From NCBI GenBank assembly GCA_963727625.1, contig CAVSHR010000012.1:32001-96000 (forward strand): a stretch of 64,000 nt of DNA, given 5' to 3'. The notes below the pieces were generated by a model. That model made no database searches. It saw only the letters and a list, made by a program, of their open reading frames with translations, and was not told where the DNA came from. The DNA comes from an uncultured delta proteobacterium (lineage in GTDB: Bacteria > Desulfobacterota > Binatia > UBA9968). This document shows positions 28,619 to 38,622 of this stretch, in pieces (positions within the stretch are counted from its first letter, which is position 1; the number at the start of each line of letters is the position of its first letter). Both the position numbers and the translations under genes were made by a program.

Positions 28619-30474
28619 GTGGAAACATCGCATTCGACGCGGCCCCGGAACGTGGACTGGAAACGAGCGGCTGCCCTTCTTTACGGAGATTGGGGAACGA
28701 GCAAGGCCTATGTTCCCGGTCTGGCTTTCTCCTTGGCGCTCTATGGCTCTTTTTGGTTTGTGCTTGCCGTCAGCGCATTGACTGCTTTGGTCGGCATCAA
28801 CTATATCTGGATTTGCAAATATTTTCCCGAAGGCGGCGGCGTCTACTCATCCGCCAAGGCCCACTCGCGCAATCTCGCCCTCCTCGGCGGATTTCTGCTC
28901 GTGGCCGATTACATCGTTACGGCGTCGCTCAGTTGCTATGATGCGTTCCTCTACTTGGGTTTTAGCTTCGAAGACGCCAAACGCTGGTCGATTCTTGCCA
29001 TATTTATCATTGGAACCATTAACTTCTTCGGGCCGAGGCAATCCGGCGGCATAGCGGTAGTCCTGGGAATCGTAACGGTCGCGGTTCTAGGATTACTCGC
29101 ATTGGCGAGCATCCCCCACATTCCAACGGCCATCGCTCATCTGGAAGCGCCCCATCGCGATCCGATTCACTGGTGGACTTCCTTCGTCGGCGTCATTCTC
29201 GCGCTTTCTGGAGTCGAGGCCATTGCCAATACCACGGGACTGATGCAACTCGACCCAGGCTCGACTCCTGCCAAGCCAAAAGTCGCCATCACCTCGCGCA
29301 AAGCGATCATCCCCGTGATGTTCGAGGTCTGTTTGTTTACAGCCCTTTTCGGCCTGGTCATGAACGCGATTCCCGCCATGCAGGCCAACGACCACGTGGG
29401 AGACATGCTTCGTTTCCTGGGACAGAAATTTGTCGACGAGCCCCTGCAAAACTTCCCCGGCCTGGCTTGGATCGGGACAGCCAGACTTTTCTCTTCCATC
29501 GTAGGCCTCGTCATCGCCCTGCTCTTGCTGAGCGCGGTCAATACGGCGATCGTCGATCTCGTCAGCGTGCTCTATCTCATGTCAAAAGACGGAGAAATGC
29601 CTCAGCCTTTTTCCGTTTTGAATAAATTTGGAGTGCCCTGGATACTGCTGTTGATCGCCATGTTGGCGCCCATCCTGGTAATCGATATCCAGAGCGGCGA
29701 GAATGCTTTACACGGGCTAGCGGAAATGTATGCGATCGGCGTGGTCGGCGCGATCACCGTCAATCTCGGTTCTTCCGCGTTTAACCGGAACCTCCCCATG
29801 CTGGGTCATGAGCGAATAGTGATGAGAGGAAGTTTTTTCATCCTCGCCGCCGTCGAAATCAGCATTGCCGTCACCAAACCTCCCGCTCTGCTTTTTGCCG
29901 CGACCGTGGTCGGCGTGGGGTTTGCCGCGCGGGCGATGCATAAAGGAATCGTCGTTCCGCCTCGGTTCCAGGACTCGATCGAACGCTACCTTCCCAAAAT
30001 TGCGGCGAGTCGTCAGGCGAAAAATATCGCGGAGATGGAGCGAGCCAGGATCATGGCCCAAGTCGGCTCGCAACACCCGGTGAAGGCGGTCATGGTGGCC
30101 GCCCGCGAAATTGTCGGCACTTTGCAGTTTGCCGTAGACGAAGCCCGTCTCCATAACGCGAAATTATATGTGCTCTTTGTCCGTTCCGTTTTCACACGGA
30201 TCCCAGTGGGACATAGGGCCGAGACCGATCCCGAGGCGTTAGCAGTTTTTGGTGCCCTTAGATCAATTGCAGACGGGATCGAATTAATTCCGATCATGCC
30301 GTGAGCGATGATCCCGGATGGACGATCCTCGATCATGCCGCTATGAACGGAGTGGACATGCTGATCCTGGGTCATTCCCGGCGATACGCGGTCACCCGAC
30401 TGCTGCGGGGCAATGTGATTCAGCAGGTGGCGGCCAATCTTCCAGAAGAGATACGGCTTGTGATTGTCGGATAG
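28619..30474 (+). pseudogene. APC-superfamily transporter with Kup-like motif and C-terminal USP domain; -1 frameshift near 30297
   Basis: LLYGDWGTSKAY, ALSGVEAIAN, LLSAVNTA, MYAIGVVG; after ATC-AT-GCC the other frame gives AVSDDPGWTILDHAA..GVDMLILG..LLRGNVI..LPEEIRLVIVG-TAG. Confidence 0.8.
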
Positions 30475-30599
30475 CGGCGAGGCATCGAAAAAAAAGAAAT
30501 ACCATTCGGGCATTTTCACGTGCGATCAGAGAACGGTTTCGCGACTGACCGCCGCTGGCCGCTTGCATTGATCCGGTCTATGCCGATCTCCAAAAGCGA

Positions 30600-30979
30600 T
30601 TAACGCGGTCCGTTCTTCAGCGCGTTTATGATCGCAAACGTTTTTACGCTCATCGTCGTCACGCGAATGAGCAGGTCGATGACTTTTTCTTTGTAGTCGG
30701 CGAAGGGCTAGGTGTTGAATTTCTCACGGATGGTCGGGCCCTTGGGTTTCTTTTCTTTGTTGGATCGGTCGAGAAACCATTCGAGCGCCGAGCGGCTGCA
30801 AGCCGGTAATCCTGAGCTTCGCTAGAGATACCAGAGACAAAATTCAGGTCGCGCGAGCACACCCAGCCCTTGAGCAGGTCTTTGAACGCTTCACGGACAA
30901 CGGATTCGCGGCCGGTGGCGGAGACGTTGCGCAGGCCTTGAAGCTGGTTGGGGTACTGTTGAATCAGAACCTGGCTCAT
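30600..30979 (-). pseudogene. Internally deleted type ISP restriction-modification gene
   Basis: N-terminus MSQVLIQQY..RESVVREAFKDLLKGW joined to C-terminus DYRL..RSALEWFLD..KEKKPKGPTIREKFNT*PFADYKEKVIDLL..VTTMSVKT. Confidence 0.75.
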
Positions 30980-31215
30980 CGAAGAGCGATTATATACTCA
31001 TCTTGCGCGATTTGCCGATTTCTTGGTCGGCTGGTCTCGAGGTATGGCGGGCGCGCCGAGCGCTAAGCCATCTCAGCCAGCAGCCTGCCGTGTTCCGCAG
31101 CGGCTGGCGCACGCGAAGCCGTTTTCCCAGCACTGCGTCACCCCCGCCACGGATTCCTGCCCCCCGCGCATCAAGCAGTGCCAAGTCGCTGCGTTCCCAG
31201 GTATTTCTCGCTCCC

Positions 31216-31929
31216 TTACATTTCCGGAACGGTTTCCGGATACACCTGTCCCGAATTGCTGATTTTAAACACATAGATTAAGCCGGGCTTTAGTTTGGAA
31301 TAAATTGCGCTTCCGTAGATCGCTTGAATCCCGAGTTGCTTCAATTTTTGCGGATCATTGGATAATTCCCAGATCGCGTTCCAAAAAGTTTGCCGATCTT
31401 TCAAGCGCAATTTTTCCAACAGGCCTTTATATCTCACGGGTTCTTGACCGGCCACTTCGATCGGATAACCCGTATTGGGCGCCATATCCTCGCCGTAGAC
31501 TCGCCGCCACAAATAAAGAGATCGCTCTTTCCCGTCTATGATCAATTGACTGCCGAATTTCACGATCAAGGCGTCGAAATGAACGACATCGCCGTCAATG
31601 GTATATTCCTTTTCGAGAATTCGATTCGATTGGTCATCTCTGGCTGTTTCGACGAATTTTAGAGTTGTTTGCAAATTGCCGTCTTTACGCTCTTGCTTGA
31701 TGACTTTAGCGTAGCCGATTTGATCCTCCTCTGTAAGTCGCGCCAAAGATTCCTTGAGCTGTTTATTTTCCGTCAACAACTCAGCGATAGTCTTGACACC
31801 GAAATAACCCGTTGCGGCGATAATTCCCACAACGATGAACGCCATGATCACGACAACTTTGACAAACACATTTCCTCTCTCTGTTCCTTTTAATTTAAGT
31901 TTCATTGCTCGCTTCTCATAATTATCCAT
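31216..31929 (-). CDS. Hypothetical protein with N-terminal membrane anchor and coiled coil; lower GC
   Basis: Single hydrophobic segment then soluble domain; start uncertain. Confidence 0.65.
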   Translation of the reverse strand: MDNYEKRAMKLKLKGTERGNVFVKVVVIMAFIVVGIIAATGYFGVKTIAELLTENKQLKESLARLTEEDQIGYAKVIKQERKDGNLQTTLKFVETARDDQSNRILEKEYTIDGDVVHFDALIVKFGSQLIIDGKERSLYLWRRVYGEDMAPNTGYPIEVAGQEPVRYKGLLEKLRLKDRQTFWNAIWELSNDPQKLKQLGIQAIYGSAIYSKLKPGLIYVFKISNSGQVYPETVPEM

Positions 31930-32212
31930 TGATCGCCGTTTGACTCGTTCCGCGTCCCACGCGATCTTAGGACACCCAGGGCTTTGAGGCAGCTCGGCCA
32001 TCATCCCTCGCAGACTGAAATCATCGCCTAAAATTCTTCGCTCTTCCCATGCCGCACGTTGTTAAAGAGCGGCATCCCCCCGATCCCGTCGGGCGGCATC
32101 TTGAGCAGCTTGCAATCAGAGTTTTCGAAGCATTCGGGCTACCTGCGTGTAACGGCCGCATTCAGATATCTGCGAGTTCAGCATCCGACGGATTCTATAA
32201 AACTGGAAAATC

Positions 32213-32848
32213 TTAGAAGAAGGAAATATTCACGGCGCTATGGAAAAGGCCCATGTGCAGAGCGAAGACAAACCATTGCCAGCGAATGAGCCGCGCAGCA
32301 ATTTTTTCCGGTGCCAAATTACGCCGTCGCAATCTGAGTAGCCGATTGAGCTTACGACCTTTGGAAATGATCTTTCGAGCGACCGCGCCCAAGCCTATCT
32401 CCACCAGAAAATGAAATTGCTCTCCGAGATCTTCCGGTTCCATGCCATACTTCGACAACACCTTGGTGATGCTCGGCCGCTCCGATATGGGGATGATCCG
32501 GCGCTCGGTTTCTTTGTGAGCCGCGAGCAGTGCGTCATCGCAAAGATCAATATCAGATGAAATCCAGGGAGCGCGGAAAGTCGTAAAATAACCCAGCTTG
32601 CGCCGAGCCACCAGAACTGCCGCCGGCTTTGAGATCAGGGCGTAGAAAAAAGACAATACGAACGAAGCGACGCCGACTCGCCATGCAAAAAAGATGAATC
32701 CAAAAAGCAATAGGCTTACCCAGACGCCACCGAGCACGACATCGGCCAAGACCTTCTTGCGACTACGCAAGTGACCGTTCAGAACCCATAAAAAACCCGT
32801 CGTGAGTAGCCCGGCCTGAAGAAGAAGTATTGAAACATAACCTTTCAT
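32213..32848 (-). CDS. Hypothetical membrane protein
   Basis: Three N-terminal hydrophobic segments; 211 aa; no recognised family. Confidence 0.5.
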   Translation of the reverse strand: MKGYVSILLLQAGLLTTGFLWVLNGHLRSRKKVLADVVLGGVWVSLLLFGFIFFAWRVGVASFVLSFFYALISKPAAVLVARRKLGYFTTFRAPWISSDIDLCDDALLAAHKETERRIIPISERPSITKVLSKYGMEPEDLGEQFHFLVEIGLGAVARKIISKGRKLNRLLRLRRRNLAPEKIAARLIRWQWFVFALHMGLFHSAVNISFF

Positions 32849-32883
32849 GATGTCGCACCCTGCTACGTTCTTAATGCAATGGC

Positions 32884-33447
32884 CTATTTTTCCGCCTGCT
32901 TATCCCGCACCGCCTGAATGTCTTCCAGGCAACTTGCGCACATATAGGCCGCGTGGGGCAGGAAGATCAACTCATCGGTCTCGCGCGGCTCCATGCAGAT
33001 GCCGCAGAGGCGATTCTCTTTGGCTTTCGCTTTGGCTTTCGCCGATTTGGCTTCGGACTCTTCGCCGCTTTCGGTATCCTCGGCTATGATATTCTTGCAA
33101 AGCTCGACGCACTCGTCACAAATATGCACCGACGGGCCGGCGACGAGCTTGCGCACTTCGGTTTGATGCTTGCCGCAGAACGAGCAAGCAACATGCTTGG
33201 CCTCGTCGTCAAACTTCGGTACGTGGGCGTCCCAATCATCGCCGAGTGCTTTCTTGAGCGTTTCTTCCAGCGCCGTGCCGATTTGCTGCAACTGCCGGGC
33301 GATTTCGCCGCGCTTGGGCGCGCTCTTGGAGTCGAGAAACCTGGCGGCCGCCTGTTGAAACAACCTCAAAGCCGCGCCGTACCTTTGGTCGTTAACCAAA
33401 TCAGCGCATTCGACGAAACCAAATTTGGACGGCTTAGTTGCCATCAA
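32884..33447 (-). CDS. Protein with ClpX C4 zinc finger and a second Cys4 finger
   Basis: [26 protein letters not shown]; CGICME..YMCASC; no AAA domain. Confidence 0.8.
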   Translation of the reverse strand: MMATKPSKFGFVECADLVNDQRYGAALRLFQQAAARFLDSKSAPKRGEIARQLQQIGTALEETLKKALGDDWDAHVPKFDDEAKHVACSFCGKHQTEVRKLVAGPSVHICDECVELCKNIIAEDTESGEESEAKSAKAKAKAKENRLCGICMEPRETDELIFLPHAAYMCASCLEDIQAVRDKQAEK

Positions 33448-33898
33448 ACTCCCCCCTTTCGTTCTACGCCACCGCTTCCGGATCGGCGACGAACTCGATC
33501 AGCAGATACTGACTGTACACGACCCCAAAGTTAAAGATATACCGGCCGCCATAGATGACGATCGGTCCGCTGCTTTAATCGCGTTCGCGTGGGCGAAGCC
33601 GGCGCGCGTCTGCGCGGCAAAAAGCTCGGGTTAAATCTTCTCAAAACAGGCGCGGTGGTACGGCGGCCGGGCGGGACTCAGCGGCGTCGCTCCGGCTGGC
33701 ATTTCCTCGCCCTGACCAAATGAGGACGATATCGTCGCGGCGCGACACCAAAAGCGCTCGATCTTGTGCGCCTCAAGATCACGGCGGTTGGCCATCAGCG
33801 TGAAAATCGCCGCGCTGGCAGGGACTAGCGAGCAAATCAAGATCGCGGGAATGCTCCAGGCGCACAATTCGGCGAATCTGTGCAGCGACAGCATCCGA

Positions 33899-34645
33899 TC
33901 AAAGCATTACCGTGCCGCAGTTGATATTGTAGGCTTGACCGGTAATGTAAGCCGCGGCGTCGCTGGCGAGGAACAGGATCGGCCCGGCGATATCTTCGGG
34001 TTGGAGCACATGGCCGAGCGGCGTGGCGCGCAAGCGCGCCATCACCTCGTCTTCCGATCGGTGGCGGCGCGGCATGTTGGTATTCGCCGAGCCGGGGCAA
34101 ATGGCGTTGACCGTGATGCCGTCGGGGCCGAGCTCGCGCGCCAGCGCTTTGACAAAACCGATAATGCCGGCTTTGGACGCCGCATAGTCGGCAAACTCGC
34201 GCGCGCCGGTGTGGGCGATGGACGATGCGATACTGATGATGCGGCCGCTCTTCTGTCGGCGCATCGCCGGGACGAAGCCCCGTGCGCAAAGAAAGTTACC
34301 GCCTAAATTGACGTTCATCGTGCGATCCCAATCTTCCTCGCTCTTGCTCACCACCGGCGCCTTGAGATAGGTGCCGGCATCGTTGACCAGAATATCGACG
34401 CGGCCGAAGCGCTCGAATGTCCGATCCGCGAGCCGCTGCACCGACGTTTCGCTGGCGACGTTGGTTTCCACCGCGATCGCTTCGGCGCCGAGATTCTGAA
34501 CCTCCGTTGCGACGCCATGGGCCTTGTCCGCTTGTAAATCCGCCACCACGACCTTCGCGCCTTCGCGACCCATGCCGAGGGCGATGGCGCGGCCGATGCC
34601 TTGAGCACCACCGGTGATCACCGCAACTTTGTTCTGTAAGCGCAT
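33899..34645 (-). CDS. SDR family oxidoreductase (FabG-like)
   Basis: TGGAQGIG, LVNDAG, YAASK, NAICPG; real start ATG 34645. Confidence 0.9.
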   Translation of the reverse strand: MRLQNKVAVITGGAQGIGRAIALGMGREGAKVVVADLQADKAHGVATEVQNLGAEAIAVETNVASETSVQRLADRTFERFGRVDILVNDAGTYLKAPVVSKSEEDWDRTMNVNLGGNFLCARGFVPAMRRQKSGRIISIASSIAHTGAREFADYAASKAGIIGFVKALARELGPDGITVNAICPGSANTNMPRRHRSEDEVMARLRATPLGHVLQPEDIAGPILFLASDAAAYITGQAYNINCGTVML

Positions 34646-34647
34646 GG

Positions 34648-35385
34648 CTAGACCAGCCCTCCGTTGCAATGAAATAGCTGGCCGGTGATCGCCTCGCTCT
34701 CTGCTGTGGTGAGAAAATAATACAACTCGGCGAGATCCTCCGGCGTCGCGGTCCGTCCGAGCGGAATCGCCGCATGCCAGCGCTGTTTGCGCGCCTCGGG
34801 AGTTTCCTTTTCCATGACCCGCGGCGTGTCGGTCGGTCCGGGCGCCACGGTGTTGACCCGGATCCTGTCCGGCGCCAGCTCCAGCGCCAAACTCTTGGTG
34901 AAGGCGATGATGCCGGCTTTGGCGGCCGAATAGGGAACGCGCAGTGCCGAACCGGTGACGCCGTAATTCGAAGCCGTGTTGAGAATCCGCCCGGCCTTCT
35001 GCCGTTGCATATGCGGTGCCACCTCGCGGCACATGAGAAAAGTGCCCTTCAAGTTGGTGTCGATGACCTTGCGCCATTCTGCCCATGTGAAATCCTCGAT
35101 GCGCTTGGTGAAAAAACTGCCGCCGGCGAGGTTGACCAAAACATCGATGCGGCCGAAACGCTGCGCCACGTCGGTGACCACCGCTGTCACTTCTCGCGCG
35201 ACCGTGACATCGACTGAAAGCGCCTCAGCCTTGCCGCCGGCATCGGCAATCTCGCCGCGCACCTGCTCCGCCGCGGCGTGATCATAATCGGCCACCACCA
35301 CGTTCATCCCCGCCGCCGCCAGGCGCTGCGCAACCGCCCTGCCAATGCCGTTGCCACCGCCGCTGATCAGTGCAACTGAATTCAC
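34648..35385 (-). CDS. SDR family oxidoreductase
   Basis: SGGGNGIG, LVNLAG, YSAAK, NTVAPG. Confidence 0.9.
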   Translation of the reverse strand: MNSVALISGGGNGIGRAVAQRLAAAGMNVVVADYDHAAAEQVRGEIADAGGKAEALSVDVTVAREVTAVVTDVAQRFGRIDVLVNLAGGSFFTKRIEDFTWAEWRKVIDTNLKGTFLMCREVAPHMQRQKAGRILNTASNYGVTGSALRVPYSAAKAGIIAFTKSLALELAPDRIRVNTVAPGPTDTPRVMEKETPEARKQRWHAAIPLGRTATPEDLAELYYFLTTAESEAITGQLFHCNGGLV

Positions 35386-37175
35386 GACTGTTCCCCTCCT
35401 CCGTCCGCAGAATAAATTGTGTCGATCTGACTACGATAAAGCGCGGCGACGAGCTGGCGGTCGATCTTGATTTTTTGAAAGACATTGACACTGCGCACCG
35501 CCGCGGGAAAATCCGCGGGCATGAGCGCGATCTTGCGAATTTTCTCGTAGTGCTCGAGACGCTCGTTGATGGCGTCGATTTGGCGCCACAGCAAGGTTTC
35601 GATTTCGCTGTCGGACAACCCGGCCTCGTCGCACTGGAGCGCTGCGGCGATGGCCCGTCGGTCAGGCACGATCAACGCGGCGAGGAACGGCCGGCGGTCG
35701 CCGAGCAATACCGCTTGGCGTATGCAGGGTTCATCTTCCAATTGCAGCTCGATAAAGCCCGGGTAGATATTCGATCCTTCGGAGCAATAGAAAACATCCT
35801 TCTTTCGGCCGATGATGCGCAGGGAACCGTCCGGATCGAGCGCGCCGAGATCGCCGGTGTGAAACCAACCCTCGGCGTCGAACACTTCCCGGGTCGCCTC
35901 GGGATCGTGAAAATAGCCGGGCGAAACCGTCGGGCCGCGCACGAGGATTTCGGCATCGGCGGCGATGCACACTTCGACGTTGGGAAAAGGCTTGCCGAGA
36001 CTGCCGGGGCGATTCTCGCCGATGCCGCAGAGGGTTACGCCGCCGCATTCGGTCGAGCCGTAGGAGCCGATCAAGGGGATGCCGGCTATTTCGAAGAAGC
36101 GCATGATCCGCGGCGGCATCGCGGCGCCGCTGTAGGAGATATATTTGATCCGCCCGCCGAGCGACGCGCGCACCGATTCTTTCAGGGTGCCGCGGTGGGA
36201 TTCGAATTGCCCGCTTTCGCTTTGGCTGAGCCCTTGCTTGTTATTTTTTACATCGAGCGCTTCGATGTCGCGCCAAAACCGGCGGTTCTGCCCGCGGTCG
36301 AGGATGCCGTTCCAGATCCGTTCCATGACCCGCGGCACCAGAGCCATCGCGGTGCCGGCCAAAGCTTCGACGACATCGAGATCGAGCTCCAGCTCGGTGG
36401 CCTCGATGAGCGCGGTGCTCCGGCCGATCACCGCGCTCTTGAGAAAACCGAAGCGGCCGAGCAGATGATTGAGACTGAGCACGACGAGAAATAATTCCTC
36501 CGGCCTGGCGACCGCGATCTCCCCCCCGTTAGTGATGTTGGAAAGCAGATTGTCCTGCGTTCGCATGACGCCCTTGGGCTCGCCGGTCGAGCCTGAAGTA
36601 TACATGATCGTCGCCAAATCGTTAGGCTGGACCGAACCGAGAATCTCGCCGAGACGATGCGAATCGACCGCCTTGCCCCGTTCAACCAGTTGGTTAAACG
36701 ACAGCGTGCCGGGCAATTCCGCGTCGGGCTGGTGCATCACGAATATCTGCGCCAATGCCGGCAACTGGCCTTGCAAATTCATCAAGCGCCGCACCGCCGC
36801 GGCGTCCTGCACGAACGCGGCCCGGCAACGCGAGTGAGTGAGCACCTTGAATAGCAGGCCATCAGACATGGACGGCGAGACCACCACGTTGGGCAAGCCG
36901 CCCGCCAGGGTCGCCAGATCAGCGCACAACCAGGGCAAGCTGTTTTCGCCGATGATCGCGACTGCGTCGCCGGGAGCGAGGCGAAGGTCGTATAGCGCCA
37001 GCAAAAGGCTTTGCGTCAGCGCGCCGAATTCGCGCCAGGAGACGGTCTCGAAACGATCCCTTTTTTGCAACTTGACGCAGAGGCGATCGCCAAGCTCATT
37101 AACCCTCTGGAAGAAAATCCGGCCGATATGCCGGCTCGGCGGTGCTGAGTAGTTCTGCGCGGTTGGTGAATTCAT
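35382..37175 (-). CDS. AMP-dependent long-chain acyl-CoA synthetase-like ligase
   Basis: YTSGSTGEPKG, YGSTE, WFHTGDLG, GRKKD. Confidence 0.88.
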   Translation of the reverse strand: MNSPTAQNYSAPPSRHIGRIFFQRVNELGDRLCVKLQKRDRFETVSWREFGALTQSLLLALYDLRLAPGDAVAIIGENSLPWLCADLATLAGGLPNVVVSPSMSDGLLFKVLTHSRCRAAFVQDAAAVRRLMNLQGQLPALAQIFVMHQPDAELPGTLSFNQLVERGKAVDSHRLGEILGSVQPNDLATIMYTSGSTGEPKGVMRTQDNLLSNITNGGEIAVARPEELFLVVLSLNHLLGRFGFLKSAVIGRSTALIEATELELDLDVVEALAGTAMALVPRVMERIWNGILDRGQNRRFWRDIEALDVKNNKQGLSQSESGQFESHRGTLKESVRASLGGRIKYISYSGAAMPPRIMRFFEIAGIPLIGSYGSTECGGVTLCGIGENRPGSLGKPFPNVEVCIAADAEILVRGPTVSPGYFHDPEATREVFDAEGWFHTGDLGALDPDGSLRIIGRKKDVFYCSEGSNIYPGFIELQLEDEPCIRQAVLLGDRRPFLAALIVPDRRAIAAALQCDEAGLSDSEIETLLWRQIDAINERLEHYEKIRKIALMPADFPAAVRSVNVFQKIKIDRQLVAALYRSQIDTIYSADGGGEQS

Positions 37176-38545
37176 AGCGGTGTGAAATGCGCCGGGTCAT
37201 ATTTGCCGCGGCTCGGCTCTTCGATCCGTCTAAGGCCTTTGATACCGGTTCGGTTGGCGTGGGCGTAGAGCAGCGCCTCCGCCACATCGTTAAGGTGGCC
37301 ACATAAGTACTTGCGCGCCGGTACGGCGAGACGCAACAGCTCTATGCCTCGCGCACTCTGGCTTGGCGCCGGCGGCGCTCCCTTGGTCAAACGAACCCCG
37401 GCTATTCGATAGACAAACGCCGCCAATGCTTCAGCCGGAAAGTTTTCCGGACCGAGATGCGGCAGAAACTCTTTCACGTCGATAAACACGCCATGTCCGC
37501 CCGCCGGATGCACCAGGGGCACGCTGCCGTTCAACCGGCGCCAGAGGTAACCCACCTGCCCGACCCGATGGGCGATGTACGACTCGGCCGAGAAAATATC
37601 TTCGAGCGCAGCAGTCAAGAGCTCCATCGCGCCACCCGATAACTGCGCGCCGTCGAGAAAACACTGCATGGCGGCTTTTCGATAGCGGGCTTCATCCCGG
37701 GTCATGATCAAACCGCCAGACGAGACCAATAAGTCTTTGAGCGCACTCATGGTGCAGCCATCGGCCTGCGCGCAGGTCTCCTCGACGATTTCGCGAATCG
37801 CGCGGTTTTGATATCCGGCTTCTCGCTCTCTGATGAGAAAACTGTTCTCAAGAATGCGGCAGGCGTCGAGAAAAACCGGAATTCTACAAGCCGCGGCGAT
37901 GGCTCGGACCGCTTTGAGGTTGGCCAAAGATACCGGCTGACCGCCGCAGGCATTGACGCCGAGCTCGATGTAAATGCAGCTGACCTTGCCGGCGCCATGT
38001 TCGGCGATAACGGCGCGCAATTTTTTCAGATCGAGATTACCCTTGAAAGGCTCTTCCGACGTGAGATCATGAGCCGCGCCGCCGATCACGTCGACGACGC
38101 CGGCACCGTTCATTTCGATATGGCTTCGAGTCGACGGAAACAGCATGTTGCCGGCCACCACGCCGCCGGGTTTCACATTGAGCTTTGCCCAGATGCGCTC
38201 CGCCGCCCGGCCTTGGGTGATCGGAATCACGAAGGGAAAACCGAAAATTCCTTTCACCGCGCCGGCCAGCCGAGCCAACGCGCTGCTGCCTTCGGCCGCC
38301 AAGCCCATGCCGGGTTCGACGAACTTTGCGCCCGTCAAAACCGTGAGTTGGTTGGTGCTAAGCGAACTGACACCACTGTCGGTACTGAGATCGACGTAAA
38401 TCAACTCCTGGGGGATCAGCTCAGTATTGTAATAAGCGGCGCCGAGCGCCGCTTGGCGCTCGGCCAAGGTCGTTTGGCGCAGCGGACGCACCGCAGCGAT
38501 TTCGTAGGGCACGGAGAAAGTTACGCTGAGCGAATTGCTTCCCAT
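37172..38545 (-). CDS. Divergent tryptophanase / tyrosine phenol-lyase-like PLP enzyme (beta-eliminating lyase family)
   Basis: DLSTDSG, QGRAAE, FKGNLD, GGQPVSLAN, DACRILEN, MSALKD, GGHGVFID, RLAVP; likely start ATG 38545 (GGAG RBS). Confidence 0.85.
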   Translation of the reverse strand: MGSNSLSVTFSVPYEIAAVRPLRQTTLAERQAALGAAYYNTELIPQELIYVDLSTDSGVSSLSTNQLTVLTGAKFVEPGMGLAAEGSSALARLAGAVKGIFGFPFVIPITQGRAAERIWAKLNVKPGGVVAGNMLFPSTRSHIEMNGAGVVDVIGGAAHDLTSEEPFKGNLDLKKLRAVIAEHGAGKVSCIYIELGVNACGGQPVSLANLKAVRAIAAACRIPVFLDACRILENSFLIREREAGYQNRAIREIVEETCAQADGCTMSALKDLLVSSGGLIMTRDEARYRKAAMQCFLDGAQLSGGAMELLTAALEDIFSAESYIAHRVGQVGYLWRRLNGSVPLVHPAGGHGVFIDVKEFLPHLGPENFPAEALAAFVYRIAGVRLTKGAPPAPSQSARGIELLRLAVPARKYLCGHLNDVAEALLYAHANRTGIKGLRRIEEPSRGKYDPAHFTPL

Positions 38546-38622
38546 TTCTTTGCACTCCCGGATCGGATCAACGTCTGCATTAGCATGAAATGAGAACAAC
38601 CAAAATAACAACCGGTTGTGGC

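Noticed and set aside
33463-33894. 87-aa ORF and possible interrupted gene downstream of the SDRs
   Set aside because: Protein-like fragments in two frames but no recognisable family; too weak to call
34646-35086. N-terminal extension making a 395-aa SDR
   Set aside because: Off-frame overlap with the upstream SDR; real start is 34645
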